Positions 38,651-52,050 of a DNA stretch of 64,000 nucleotides are shown here, one piece after another. How positions within the stretch are numbered: the stretch's first letter is position 1; the number at the start of each line of letters is the position of its first letter. This DNA is from Felis catus (Eukaryota). The DNA lies in contig NC_058368.1 of assembly GCF_018350175.1 (NCBI RefSeq), positions 194,682,001 through 194,746,000 on the forward strand, given 5' to 3'. The notes beneath the pieces are model-generated. The model saw only the letters and a program-made list of their open reading frames with translations, was not told the DNA's origin and ran no database searches. The position numbers and the translations under genes were made by a program.

Positions 38651-40392
38651 GCTCATGTAAGTACCTGTTCATGCTACAAAGGAATCTGCCCGTTCTATGA
38701 ATGAGACAAAGGAAGCTAGAAAAGGTCACAGCTTGCTGAGCCAGAACAGAGGTAAGGGCTTTTTCTGAAAGTAGGCATTTTGGAGAGGCTAACATCTAGC
38801 TCTCTTGAGTTGTGCTAATAATCACCCTCTTCGGGCTGGGAGACAAGGAAGTGGATGCCATCACCTCCCTCCCACCTTAACTGTATAACATTCTCTGAAC
38901 TTAGACAGTGGGACAGAAATATTCAAGGAAATAATTCCTCCATCTGAAATACCAGTACCAGAAATAAAGATTGGACAGATGAGGAAAAAGAGAAACCACA
39001 CCAAGGAACTATCACTGGAGTCCTTATTCATTTTGCTTTGCAGGAGTCTCTGCTTCATGAGGGAAGACAACAGATATAAAAACAAACAAAGTCCCACATT
39101 TGGGGAATGATTTAATAGGGAGTAGTGACCCTTGGGAAGTATTAGAAGGAAAAAAATAAAAGTGGTCACTGAAATACAATTTAGCTGAGCCACAGGAAAA
39201 GAAAAGACTGGAGAGAAAAGAAATGAGAGTTGTGTTGGTTTCTGAGATTTTTCGAGCAATGGCCAAAATCTGGAACATAATGCTGAAGCAAAGGCAAACC
39301 AGAGAAGGAAGAAATTGAGGGCAATTTGACTTTGAAATGAGAGAGAAAGTGAAATTACACTCTTTAAGTCTGTGGGGAAATGTGCAAATAGAATCAAAAC
39401 CCTTTGTTCCTTGACATGGTTGCCCATTTGCCTCAAAGGAAGGCAATGGAATAAAGGATCTTCACGGCATTTCAGATTTCAAAACTTGAAGGTTCTTCTG
39501 TGGAACAATAAGAAGGGACCCCTTTCAAAAACCTTTACATTGATAGAACAGACACTCAAGAACACCAAGGCTATTGTGAGAATGAGATGTATGGGTGGGT
39601 CAGGGACGGGGATATTTTCAGAGAAGAGTGTGTTATGTTGTAGATGAAAGAAGGGTGTGCTTCAGAGACAGCACAGAGATGGGGCATCAAAAAAAGGAAT
39701 GTATTTCAAGAAGAAACTCTAAATTCTCCCTTTTTTGGTATCAAAGAGCAATCACGGTCTCTGCTGTGTGCTTTTCCATTTCATCACACATTGCCTTGGG
39801 TTCCCAATAATTTTATGTAATCTTCACTAGTAAACATCAGTTCCATTACCATTAATTAACTCTACTTGAGAACTAGGCGAAAAGCAACAAAGTAGAGTAC
39901 AGAAACCATCCGAAGAGGAGTTTAAATCTAGCTTGGAGGCAAAAATTCATGTAGAAAAAGTCAATGACAAGACAGGACAATGAAGTGTCAAAACTAATAA
40001 TAATTATACATATAATTAATTATAATATATTATTATTATTATTATTATTATTATATTATCATCATCATCACTGTAGAGGCAACAAGTGCTGTAGAAGTTG
40101 AGAGAGCAAAAATTTCTGCTGGTCTTGTCACCCAAGCAAGGCTGGATGCTTCACACAGGTAAGAGTCCTGTTTTCTGTTTCTCTGTATATGCTCGGACCA
40201 CCAGGCTGAGGGAAAAAAGAAGTTCACTATAGACTCGTCTTTAAGCAGAAGGAGTAATATCAAATGCAATCCAAGCATAGAGTCATGTATTTGCCGACTA
40301 GATGTTGGGAGTGAAACAGCAATTGTGGTTAATATTCATATGCTACTTGCTCTGTAGACAGAATAGTACCGTTCAGAATATGGCACCTGCCT

Positions 40393-40601
40393 GGGCACCT
40401 GGGTGGCTCAGTCGGTTAAGCATCCGACTTCAGCTCAGGTCATGATCTCACGGTTCTTGAGTTCGAGTCCCACATCAGGTTCTGTGCTAACACCTCAGAG
40501 CCTGAAGCCTGCTTCAGATTTTGTCTCCCTCTCCTTCTCCTCCTCCCCCACTTGCAATCTGTCTGTCTCTCTCTCGAAAATAAATAAACATAAAAAAAAA
40601 A
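40393..40601 (+). mobile_element. CAN-SINE
   Basis: TSD agaatatggcacctgcc/agaatgtggcacctgcc. Confidence 0.93.
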
Positions 40602-40760
40602 AGAATGTGGCACCTGCCATTAACATGCCTAAATTTGAAACTCAGGTGGTTTTATTTTGTTTTTTTATAAGCTTATAATGTGTAAACCTGGATTACTTGC
40701 ATAAGCTCTGTATGCCTCAGTTCTCTCATTTTGAAGGGGAGGATAAGAACAATATCCAAC

Positions 40761-41650
40761 TATGGAAGCCATCCTCCAAGATATTTCTCTAATATCTCTT
40801 CTCTGAATTGAATGTTTGTGTCCTCCTAAAATTCTTATGTTGAGGCTTAATCTCCAATAGGATGGACCTTTGGATGGTGATTAGACCATGAGGGGTGGAA
40901 CCTTCCTGAACAGGATTAATGCCCTTATGAAGGAGATCCCAGAGAGTTCCCATGCCCTTTGGTCATGTGAGGATATATAGCAAGACGACTATGACCAGGA
41001 AGTAGTTTCTCACCAAACACCAAACCTGTTAGAGCCTTGATCTTAGACTTCCTAGCCTCCAGACCTAAGAAATAAATGTTGTTTCAGCCACCCAGTCTAT
41101 GGCATTTTTGTTATAGCAGCCCACACAGACTAAAATAACCTTCCTCCGCTATTTACACTCTTGTAGAGTCCCCTAACATGTTGTACTGGTGCTGGTCAGT
41201 GCTACCATTAACATACGGCAGAAAGGATGGGATATCATGTCAGAGATTTGGCTATAAAAGACTGTGGCTTCCATCTTGGACACACTATCTTGTCTCTTCT
41301 CTCTCAGATCTCTTGCTCTGGATGAAGGCAATTGCCACCTTGTGAGCAGGCGTATAGAAAGGCCTTGCTGGCAAGAAACCAAAGCCTCCTGTCATCAAGC
41401 CAGTGAAGATCCACACCTACCAAAACCACATGAGCAACTTTGGAGGTAGCTTTTCCAGCCCCGGCTGAGCCTTGAGATGACTATGGGTCAAGTCAACAGC
41501 TTGCCTACTACCTTATGAGAGGCCCTAAGCCAGGACTACCCAGCTAAGCCCTCCGGATTTCCCAACCCCTCGAAACTGTGAGAAGTAAAAGTTTGCCATT
41601 TAAAGATTCTAAATTGTGGGGTAATTTGTTACAGTAATAAATAACTAATT
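40761..41650 (+). mobile_element. MaLR LTR (MLT1F-like) interrupted by a younger MaLR LTR
   Basis: CCTCCAAGAT start; GAGCCTTGAGATGAC...TGTGGGGTAATTTGTTAC...ATAACTAAT end. Confidence 0.75.
40798..41137 (+). mobile_element. MLT1A/MST-like LTR nested in the MLT1F-like LTR
   Basis: GAATGTTTGTGTCC...CTTGATCTTAGACTTCCTAGCCTCCAGA...TTATAGCAGCCC...GACTAA. Confidence 0.8.
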
Positions 41651-42063
41651 CCCTCAGCTCATTAAATGTTGTTGTCAAAAGTAAAGGAGATAATATACCT
41701 GAAGCATTTAGTGCCTGGCACTTAACAGTCAAGGGTGGTTGCTAACATCATGGGTAAGACACCGTGCAAAGTATTTCACATGTACAATCTCATTTATCTC
41801 TCATACATGAGTTCAGTATAGGACAGCCCAATTGTATACATATTTGAAATACTGTGATAAAAAGATAAAATCTCACTTTATGCATAAAAGGTAATATAAT
41901 GCCAGTCTCCACTCCTCCCCATGTTGGTCAAACACCATGCAATTTTAAAGTTTGTGTCCTAACAGATTTATAAATTAGGTTTATGTGCTTTCCTAATCTT
42001 AAAATGATAGTGGTGCCAGTTCAGCTCAAAGACTATCTTTTAGCTTCTGAGCACCCATTCCAT

Positions 42064-42915
42064 TGCGTGTGCTGGGGGAGCTTCCCACATAACGCCAAAC
42101 AATTCTCAGACACCAGCAAGACGTCTGAGAAGTCAACTCAATTCGGTCACTGTCTACCAGGAAAGCATCAGATTCCAGGTTAAGGACTCAATCCTACCAG
42201 ACTCCCATCCTCTTCAGATCAGTTGCAAGCCTAGGCTCTCACCTGAGCTTCTGACCAAAAGCTACAAATTGAGGTTCAAACAACCCCCTCCGATTCAGGA
42301 TGCCAAGCCAAGTTCAGGTTGTTACCTGTAGTTCTGACCAACAGGCTATAAATCAGAGATTTCCAAGAATCTCTCTTCAAATTCGATTAATTGGCTAGAG
42401 TGGCTCGCAGCACTCAAACATTTTACTTCCTAGATCACTGGCTTATTACAAAAGGATACAAACACAGGAACAGCTAGATGGAAGGTATGTTTAGAGAAAG
42501 GTATGGTGAAGGGGTATAGAGCTTCTATGCCCTCCCAGAGCACCCCGTTCTCCAAACATTGTTGCTATACACGAGCCTGGAAGCTCTATGAACCCAGTCT
42601 TTTTGAGGTTTTTATGGAGGCTCCATTACATTGGCACATTTGATTAAACCATTGGCCATTGGTGACTGCTTCATCCTCCAGTCCCTCTCACCTCTCTAGA
42701 GGTTGGGGGTGAGACCGAAAACTCCAACCCCCTAATCACATGGTTGCCTCCATTGGCAACCAGCCCCCATCCATAGGTGGGTTCACAAGTCGCCTCACTA
42801 ACAACAAAATATACCTTTATAACTCTCATCACTGAAGGAATTCCAAAGGTTTTAGGAGCTAGGTGTCAGAAACAAGACCAAATGTATATTTCTTATTGTA
42901 AATCACAATATCACA
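42064..42915 (-). mobile_element. MER21-like LTR
   Basis: Minus strand begins TGTGATATTGTGATTTACAATAAGAAATATAC; CAATTCTCAGACACCAGC motif. Confidence 0.75.
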
Positions 42916-43801
42916 GACAGAAATACCTTCCTCTTCCTTTGGTAGTCTTATGGGAAAAGTGATTCTGAAATCTGTGAGTTTGGAAATACACATGGTCTTC
43001 AGGAATGCATCCCTTAGATAAAAACTATTTTCTTCCACAATCTGCAGTTAAGGAAACTGGGACAACTGGCCTTGAGAAACGCGGGGTAACTTGTCCAGAG
43101 TCACAGTAGCAAATGGCAGGAGATGGCTTTTGACCTCAGATAGTTGGACTCCAGAGCCATGCTCTGAACCGGTACGCAGCTTCTGGAGAAAAGAAAGGCC
43201 AGCTATACAGTGTCCTCTGAGCTGCATTGGGGTGAGTCCAAGATTAACATCTTTCAACTATTGAACACCAAAAGCCATCTTACTTCCTCTATTATTGGTG
43301 CATTTTAATTAATGTCAAGGTTAATCAGCAACCTCAACATTATCCTCTTTTGGACTTTAGCCACAATGCAAATACTTATATGTATACAATATATGCCAGT
43401 GGTGTTTAATGCAAATTTATACACCAGTAATCTTTTCTTCACTTCTTAATTACACTATGCTTCCATTTACAGTTATCAAGTCAAATACAATTTATTCAGA
43501 AACACAATGCCTGAGAAATGAGCAGTGGCACTGATGTCACTGTGAGGCATTTGCTGCAGCTTTCAGATGAACCCAACCCTCCCATCTACAGCAAATTTTC
43601 CTGTTATGTCAAATAGAGTTTTTCCTTCAAGGAATGGGTTATTCTTTGGACATAAATCGTGTGACTCATGGAAAGGAGAAAGGATGCCAACATTGTGGGT
43701 GCTAGATTATGCACTCATTGCTTCACAGAGTTATCTCACTTAATCCTCAAAACAAACCTTCAAGGTAAAAACGTTTGTCATGTATGCATTTATATGTGTA
43801 C

Positions 43802-43838
<37 letters not shown>

Positions 43839-44091
43839 ACAGAAAAAGTGGTACAGTAGAATTCAAAACCTGTTCAGTCTGACTCCAGACCCCAACAGTG
43901 AAAACACAATCCCAGATTTATTCACAAGAGAGTTTTGCTCCCGGAAGCATTGCCTGGCTTGGCCGAGTTACAGCACAAATGTCTACGGCAATCTTAAAAG
44001 TAGACAATGGTGTACCTTCCCTGTCAGAGGTGGGAACACCTTCTCTATCCCACCTGAAAGCAATGATTCAGAATCAATAGATGTGGGAGAA

Positions 44092-44497
44092 CAGAGCTCC
44101 TCAAATTTAATGTGCACAAAGGTCACCTGGTACCTTGTGAACAAGCAGATTCCGATTCTGTAGGACTGGAGTGAGGCCTGAGCCTCCTGATTTCTTTTCT
44201 TTTTTTTTTTTCAACGTTTTTTTAATTTATTTTTGGGACAGAGAGAGACAGAGCATGAACGGGGGAGGGGCAGAGAGAGAGGGAGAGACAGAATCGGAAA
44301 CAGGCTCCAGGCTCTGAGCCATCAGCCCAGAGCCCGACGCAGGGCTCGAACTCACGGACCGCGAGAGCGTGACCTGGCTGAAGTCGGACGCTTAACCGAC
44401 TGCGCCACCCAGGCGCCCCCTGAGCCTCCTGATTTCTAACCAACTCTCGGGGGATGCCCACGCGGCTGGTCTGTAGCCCACCATTTGAGTAACAAAG
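44092..44497. mobile_element. MER5A-like hAT element split by a SINE
   Basis: TCACCTGG...GCAGATTCCGATTCTGTAGG...TTTCTAAC...CATTTGAGTAAC. Confidence 0.75.
44196..44419 (-). mobile_element. Young felid CAN-SINE
   Basis: Near-identical to 22864 copy; perfect 18-bp TSD ctgagcctcctgatttct. Confidence 0.97.
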
Positions 44498-44639
44498 TTG
44501 TAGGGGACTATATCAAGAGTGCAATACCAATGGCATTCAGACTTATGTACTGGTAAAGGAAGGTTTAAAAAACAGTTAAAAATGAAAAGTCCTGCCTTTA
44601 GACTAGAATGTTCAATTATATGTGTAAGAGATGATTATC

Positions 44640-44865
44640 TTGATAATGAAGGTAACATTTACTGAAAGCTTACCATGCATCAGGCACTGTTCTAAGTGCT
44701 TCGTGTGTATTAAATCCCGTCATCCTCACAATTCTTTGTAGATGACAACTATCACCATCCCATTTTACAGAGGAGAAAACTGAGGAACAGAGAGGAAGGT
44801 AACTTGCTCATAAACATCATTTAATATAGAGTCAGGATTTGAAGCCCAATAAGCTGGCTCCAAAA
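44640..44865 (-). mobile_element. MIR, nearly full length
   Basis: AACATTTACTGA...CAGGCACTGTTCTAAGTGCTT...CCCATTTTACAGAGGAGAAAACTGAGG. Confidence 0.85.
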
Positions 44866-45119
44866 ATGAGCTTGACACCCCACGCCATAAAAGCGACCTG
44901 ACAATTTTAGTTAAACCCAGGCTGAGCCAACAACAATGTGTGCCATTGGCTAACACCATATGCAATGACCTTGGCAACCATGCCAGGCCTGACAATTTGA
45001 GAAATCAATAAGAACAACAACAAACACAGAGCACACGTGAGTAAAGTTAGCAGTAGGCAACAAGATAGTTGAGGGTCACTGCAGGAAACAGAATCCACAG
45101 CGTTGGAACCTTAATGAAG

Positions 45120-45555
45120 GCAGACACAGACAGAAGCGTGGACAGGGTCAAGTGACAAGTGAGGGATGCTGAGGCACTTGGAGTCTAGCAACAGGGGAAA
45201 GCCATGAATTCCATACGGCTGAAAGGGCAAGGGTAGGGAGTGGTGTTTTCAGATTCCAGTGAGAATCAGATCGGTGCTGGAGGGACCATCAGCAAAAGCT
45301 TCAGAGATGGAGGGATGTAGTCACAACCAGAGTCAGGCTGAGGCAGGGAAAGCCTGCAGGAAAATACCTCATCCTCTCTCTACTCCTGTTTTCCAAGCAC
45401 ATCATCTGCTTCTTATTGGCTCACCCCAATATGTCACAAGCCAGCAAAGGAGCCCCGGTGAAGTGCCCAGACGGGCCTATCTCCCAAGGCAGGGAACAGA
45501 ACAGAAAATAGCAAAAATGGGTACAGAGAGGAGAGACAAATGCTTGTAATCACAA
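45120..45555 (-). mobile_element. LTR33-like ERVL LTR relic
   Basis: ATTGGCTCACCCCAA...AAGCCAGCAAAGGAGCCC... resembles recalled LTR33. Confidence 0.55.
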
Positions 45556-46807
45556 GCATGGCTGGTGAGGACTCTGGGAACTCTTGTACACGGGACAGTT
45601 TAGGCAAATGTGGATATTTACAAGCAAGGAGGGAAAACCTGGAGGTAACATATTGACCACAATACAACTTTCAGGGTTGATGTATATGGCAGGGAGAAGA
45701 CAGTGTTCCAGTGGGGGGGGGGGGGACAATGAAGAGTGGACCAAACATATACGTAGACTTGACCTGATATAAAGAAACTTTTAACAAATATGGAAAGGAT
45801 GGTTTTATTCAGGTACTGAGCTTTCATCACAGGAAATCTTCCAGCATAGATTAGAAACTGCCTGTTTGGGGTTTTATAGAAAAGATGCCAGCATAAAAAT
45901 GGGTCCAGATGACCTCTATAGTTTCTTCCAACCTCAGATCCTATAAATGTGTGAAGTTATGACAAGCCAAGCCAGTCCCATCTCTCGAGAGATCGCTGAG
46001 TCAAACTATGCCAGGAGCACAGCCTCAGGACTCTGCGAATGATTCCCAGCCTGGTGATCCCTTCACCTCTCCCTGACATTGGGAGGGATATTACTACAAT
46101 GCCATATCTGGCCTGACAGCCGGAAGCTCCTTTCTCATCACGAGACCCTCTGACTTATCCGGATGGTTCCCATTGCTCCTCAGTGAGTGCATTACTAACA
46201 GCACCACATTTGATGATCTGTGTACTCAGAAGGTCTCATGCTTAAAGCATGTGAAATAGGCATCCATTTGGGGTGAAAAATTAATCCTTCTAAAGTTCAC
46301 ATATCAGTGTTACTTAATGAGACAAGTCTTCGGCCCCGTGTGAGACTCTCAAGGTTAAGGACAGGGGGGTTGATGTGCGACAGACTTGAGCTCAAATCTT
46401 GGCTTTGCTACTCAGTATATGCGTAGCCACAGACAAATTACTTGGCTCCCTTGACCTTCTGTCCTCTCTTCTACAAAATAGGGATATTAATACCAATAGC
46501 TCAAAAGAATTAAGTGATAGAAAGTGACTAAGATATATGAAATCCTCACTGAATAAGAGCTATTGTTATTAACATCATCACCATCCAAAAAGTGACTAGA
46601 ACACCTGGAGTCCAGGAGAAATGGTAAAGTAATAAACCAGGAGTTGAGACCTGTTTTCAAGTTGCACCAATGCTCTCCATCTCTTTGTGGGCTCAAATAG
46701 CAATCTCTCTGACTCACTATTTCCTCTTCAGTTGAAAGGGTATAGTAACTTTTATCCTACTTAGTAAACTCATGCAGCACAAAAAGATGCTAAGGAAATT
46801 ACCTGTT

Positions 46808-47110
46808 CAGGGTGTCACAAACTCCAGCGCTGACAAGATCCAGACAGCAAACCTCAATGAGCCAAGTGGGTGGGTGGAAACCAAGTTTATTGGGAGTGGG
46901 AAGCCCTAGAAAATGCAGGCTTCATCTAAATGAGGGAGTTTGATACTCAGCCCCAACTACCTATTGCCAGCTGGCTATTTTCCAAAAGAACTGGCTATCT
47001 GGAGTTTTCTATGAAATCTCTGAAATTTTAAGTGTTGATAACTAAACCAGAATTTTAAAACCGCTATAAGCCAAAACAAAACCCATCCGCGGGTACCAAT
47101 TTGGGACCTC
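46808..47110 (+). mobile_element. MER102-like hAT-Charlie element
   Basis: CAGGGTGTCACAAACTC ... TTTGGGACCTC termini; TATGAAATCTCTGAAATTTTAA. Confidence 0.6.
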
Positions 47111-48414
47111 CAATAAAATGTGATAGTCTCTCTCTCTCTCTTTGAGCACACGAGGAAGCAGGAGCACAGAGAAGACTAGCAAGCCACCCAAAGTCACATG
47201 ACCAGTTAATATTGTTGGCTAACCATGAAATGGTATCATTCTTTCCCTTCTCAGAAGCCCTTTGCTACCCTCCTTTGGGCAGCTCCAAGGTGACTTTTAC
47301 TGTTGTTTTAGCCACATGTGCGCGTATTCTCCCTCCGAGTAAATTCTTTGAGAGCCACTGCCCATGTCTTGCTCTGCCCAGCACTGATCGAGTGTGCCTG
47401 CCTGCACCGATCACACTCAGTGTGAGAAGTGCAGGCTTAGTTACCACATGGCCAGTGAATGATGAGCACAGAGTGACAGCACATCTGTGTCCTCAAGGCA
47501 GGGCTTTAAAACACCCAGTTATGAGTGATAACCTTCTATGGGCACTACACTTCTGAATCACAAAACAAATAGATACCCTTATTGGTATCTTACCTTATCC
47601 TGCCTTACTGGTTATAAAAGAGTCTTATTTGGGGGGAAAACACTTTTAAGTAGATATAATAAAGTTTATTGAGTCCTGCCACATGCCAGGCCTAGACCAA
47701 AGACTTTACAGGACTTACTTAATCCTTACAACAATCCAGTGATGTAAATAAAAATGATCACTATTCCCATTTTGCAGATCAGGAAACTGAGGCACAGGGA
47801 AATTAAACTAAATTGCTGAGGGTCACAATGCAAGAGAGAAATAGAGCCAGGATGTGAGCCAGGCAGCTAGATCCCGAATGCCATGCTCTGACCTGTGCAA
47901 TGCACAGCTCCCTTGGATGAGCTAAGGTCATCTTCAATGACTTGATGAGCCAGACCTGCCATTTCCATTGGTACCTGGGTAAGCTGTCACGAAGGGAGGA
48001 AAGTGCCTTACTCAGGGCTCCACAGCCAGCACGTTGTCAAGTTAGGACTACCGCCTTTCCCATGAAAACTCTGGCAGGGAGGAGTACCGGGACAGCACAT
48101 CTCTAAGCTGTTCTCTTGATCCTTAATAGTTTCTCACCCATCCTGTCCCAGAGACTGGCTCCAAAAGCCACGCCTGGGTCCCCAGGTAAGGCGACGGATA
48201 CTACTAGCTCACTGATACTACTAGAATGTGAACTCCACAAGTTAGGAACCATGTCTGTTTGCTCTCTCTTATATGCCTAAAATCTGGCACAGATCATCAA
48301 CAAATACTTGCTGAATGAAGGAATGGGGTGAATGCACAGTGAGAGCCTTCAAACTCTCCAGTTATGTTCCAAACACATCTCTAACATACCAAAGAGAAGG
48401 AAAATTTTAACCTG

Positions 48415-48678
48415 AAATATATCTGAAATATATAATATAAATAGATTAATATATATTATAATATATTATTAAATATATGTTAATAAATTAATTAAATATA
48501 TATTAAATATATAATATAATTATATAATATATAATATATAAAATATAAATAGACATAAGTATAAAATTATATATTATATATAAATATATTATATATAAAA
48601 TATTTATATAGTATATATAAATTTATAAATATATATTTATATGTAAATACATATATATTATATAAATATTGTGTGTGC

Positions 48679-48719
<41 letters not shown>
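48415..48719 (+). repeat. AT-rich low-complexity tract plus (TG)/(TA)n
   Basis: Visible directly. Confidence 0.95.
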
Positions 48720-48721
<2 letters not shown>

Positions 48722-49639
48722 CAGAAAGCCAGAAGGCCAATAGCAGAGTTTGGCTGAATAAATCTTTTCAATGTTAACAAAGCCATCATTAAAGAGAAAG
48801 AACAAGAGAGCAATCTGTTGGGAACCTGCAGTCTGGTCATTCAGGTGCCCAAGTAGAGTAAAGGGATGTCAGAAGGAAAGAGAACAAAGAAACGCGGCAG
48901 GAGCAGCTCTGCAGGGAGAGGGAAGCAGGGACAACGAAGAATCGGGGAAGCCTCACCCTGAAACTCTATCTCTACATCAGCACCTCTGCCGTCCCTTGTC
49001 CAGCATGTCTCCCTCAAGTCTACTCCTGTCCCACAGCGTTGGATTAAAAATACACAGAGCCAAGAAAGAAACTGCTATTCCTACTGCCTCCCAGAGACAC
49101 CATGAGAATGGCTGGGATCCCTCACTTAGGTTGTAATGTCTGAAGGCTCCCTTAGTTTTCATCATGTCCTCAATTGATCCTCATGAGGCCCCTAGAAGAT
49201 AGGTTGCCTGGGCATGATTATGTCCTGGGGAAAGACCTGACCACAGAAACCGTGAGTTCAGCCCCGTGGTTCATACAGCCAGGATATTCAGCCAAAGAGT
49301 CTGGCTTGAATTCTAGTGCTTCTCCTCTCCTTCGGCAACTTCCTAAGACCTGAGATCTCCTGAAGGGTGTAGCAGACACAATGGCCGTGCATTTCTTTGG
49401 TGGCAAGCAGAGTCTCCTTATCCCTCCCTCCATTCTCAAAACCTATACCACTCTTACACCAGAGCAACTTATCAAGGAGTAACGACCTCATCCGAGCTTA
49501 CCAATAATAATTCCCCATCACATTGACCATCAGGTTTGGCCTGGGAGGTAGACAATATGACCCAAGACAAGTCAATGCAAATCCTTTTCTGCAATTTTTC
49601 TACAGCTAACTTGAGGAATAAGCACTCTATAATAGATAG

Positions 49640-50075
49640 GATGGCAGATTTCCCAACATCCATGGAACCTCAGGTAATTTTTATAAGCCAATGATAGTAA
49701 TCGCATCCCTCTTATCAGTAATTGAGTCAATAACTGGTATGTGAGACAATTCTGGCCAATGAGGGGAAGTGTGTTTGGGGTGTGCCCAGGAAAGTTTCCT
49801 CTCTCCTGAGGAGAAGCCCCAGACTGTTTTGGGGTCTGGATGTGACACTGGGAACTTGTTCAATCATCCTACAACAGGTTGAAGATGAGGCCAGCACTGA
49901 GAATAAAATCATGAAATAGAAAGACCTAGGGTCCATGAGGACTCATCAAGCCATTAACCATGTTGATTAGAGTCTGCCCTACCTCTTGGACTTCCAGTTA
50001 TGTGACATAAAAAGGTTTCCTTTTATATTTAAATTACTTTGTGCCTGGATCTTCTGTTATTGCAGCCAAAGCCTT
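49640..50075 (+). mobile_element. MaLR LTR (MLT1J/K-like)
   Basis: GAGACAATTCTGGCCAATGAG, CCTAGGGTCC, TCTGTTATTGCAGCCAAAG motifs. Confidence 0.7.
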
Positions 50076-50599
50076 CTTTGCGATTCGTGCTTCTTTCCTT
50101 TCTTTCCTGCAGAGGCTACAAACTGATCCTAGAGATGCTGGCAGTCAACCTGAGCTGCCCTTGATCTTGGAAAACAGTTGGTCTAGAGGAGGAGCAAGAG
50201 TGACTACAAAAAAGCAGAAATAAGAGGCAGGAAGGAAGAGATCCGAGAGCATTCAAGTTCCTGGTTTCTGCAACCTTGCTCTGTGGTTCAAAACTTGAGT
50301 CTTTCCTAGTCCATGTCCCAAAACAAGTTCCACGCAAGGCCTTAGCCAGGGACAGGGTCTGCACTACAGTGAAAAGAGCCGTGGTCAAGCACTGGGAAAG
50401 CAATTTCTAGTCCTGATCCTGCCACTGGCTCGCTGGGAGATATTGGACTCTTCTTTTCACTGGATTTCTTGAACTATCTATAAAATGAGGAGGCTGGGTC
50501 AATATCTGCTATGACTTAAAAATGTCATAGCAAATGCACTCCCATGAATTCATCTGCCAGACAAACCCAACAGACACTGGAAGATGCAGGACAGAGACG

Positions 50600-51182
50600 A
50601 TCCTAGTATTGTTTATAGTAGCAACTTGACTGTCCACCCAGGAGACTCGGTAAATGAGCTACCACCATGGACCAAACGTGGCCTGTTTTTGTATGGCTTC
50701 TGAGCTAAGAATGGTCTTCATATTTTTAAAGCAATGTTAAAAGAACAAGAAGTAGTAGTAGGTCATACAGAGACCCTAGGACCCACGAGACCTAAAATAC
50801 TGGCTCTTTACAGAACAAGTTTGTTGACCTGTATAATCTTCCTATGAAATAGCATCCGTTGAAAATGGGGGGAAAATGAGATCTATATGTGCTGCCATGA
50901 AAAGAGACCTACTACATATTGTTAAATAAAAATGTGAGTATCAAAACAGCATGGGTAGTCTGATCACATTTGTGTCAAAATATAGGATGCAAGTTATTTA
51001 CGACGCATATGTGAATAAAATTTCTGGAAGGAGGCACAAGAAAATTAACAGCGGTTGCCTCGGGGTAAATGAGACTATATGGAGGTGGTGATAGAGAAAA
51101 AGCCTTTTACATTTTATTTTATTTCTTTCTCTGCTCTTTGTTTTTTACCACAAGTACATGTCATAGCTTTAATCATAAAAAT
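50600..51182 (+). mobile_element. Ancient L1 3' fragment with nested MER58-family hAT (~50660-50831)
   Basis: GAGCTAAGAATGG...CTTTACAGAACAAGTTTGTTGACCTG inside L1-like sequence. Confidence 0.65.
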
Positions 51183-51525
51183 AAGCCAGTTGGACAAGAT
51201 CTCTTCAGACACCTGCAGCTCTGAGCCTCTCTAGAATAACAACTTGTAATGTTGAGTGGCAATCTTTTGCCACTGTGACCACTACAATGCTAGGCACATC
51301 CTATGCTTTATTCCTTTTAATTTTGACAACCACCTCCGGAGGTTATAACAACCCCTCTGCCAGATCAGGAGATTCAGGCTTAGACCTTGTGAGCCTGAAC
51401 TACAGCTGAGGATTCTAGAACTCTGGCTCCACTTCTTAGCTCTCAGTGGTGATACAGTTTGGTGTACCTGAGCCTGAGGAGCAGAGTGGGGCTGCCTGTA
51501 GGAGTCCAAATAAGCAGCGAAGATA

Positions 51526-51768
51526 CATGGTGAAACCTCGGAGTGTGAATAACTTGTTCTGCAAGCATCCCGCAAGACGAGCAAACATTTCTAATAAATT
51601 TTAACTTGACAAATGAGCGATGTCTTGCCATACGAGTAGTTCGTAATGCCAAAGGTCACATGATCACAACTGAGCCAATGGTTCTTGAAATTCACTTTGA
51701 CATATGAGTACTTTGGATTACAAGCGTGTTTCCAGAACGAATTATGCTCACAAACCAAGGTTTTACTG
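51526..51768. mobile_element. ~243-bp TcMar-Tigger-type MITE
   Basis: Imperfect ~30-bp TIRs (CATGGTGAAACCTCGGAGTGTGA / rc CAGTAAAACCTTGGTTTGTGA) flanked by TA. Confidence 0.75.
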
Positions 51769-52050
51769 TATATAAGATATGATCTGAAGGAGACCAGAAA
51801 TGTAATATGGACAGATTTCTCTTTCTGGGAACCACTGCAGATTGTTATGGAGCGGATGCCAGGGGTGGGAAGTTAATTTTCCACTGGGAAATGAGGGGAA
51901 AAAAATTAAGGCTTTTCTACCACTTTGCAAATCCCATCTGGAAATGGCACCTACTCTCTCCATGGGGAACATCGTGTGACCTTGGGTAAATCACAGGCCC
52001 TCTCTGAACCTCAGTGCTCTTACTTTCAAGATGAAGAGGTCAGCCCAGAT

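Noticed and set aside
38861..39446. 191-aa and 140-aa hydrophobic minus-strand ORFs
   Set aside because: Phe/Leu/Ser bias reflects an A/G-rich opposite strand; no domain or splice support
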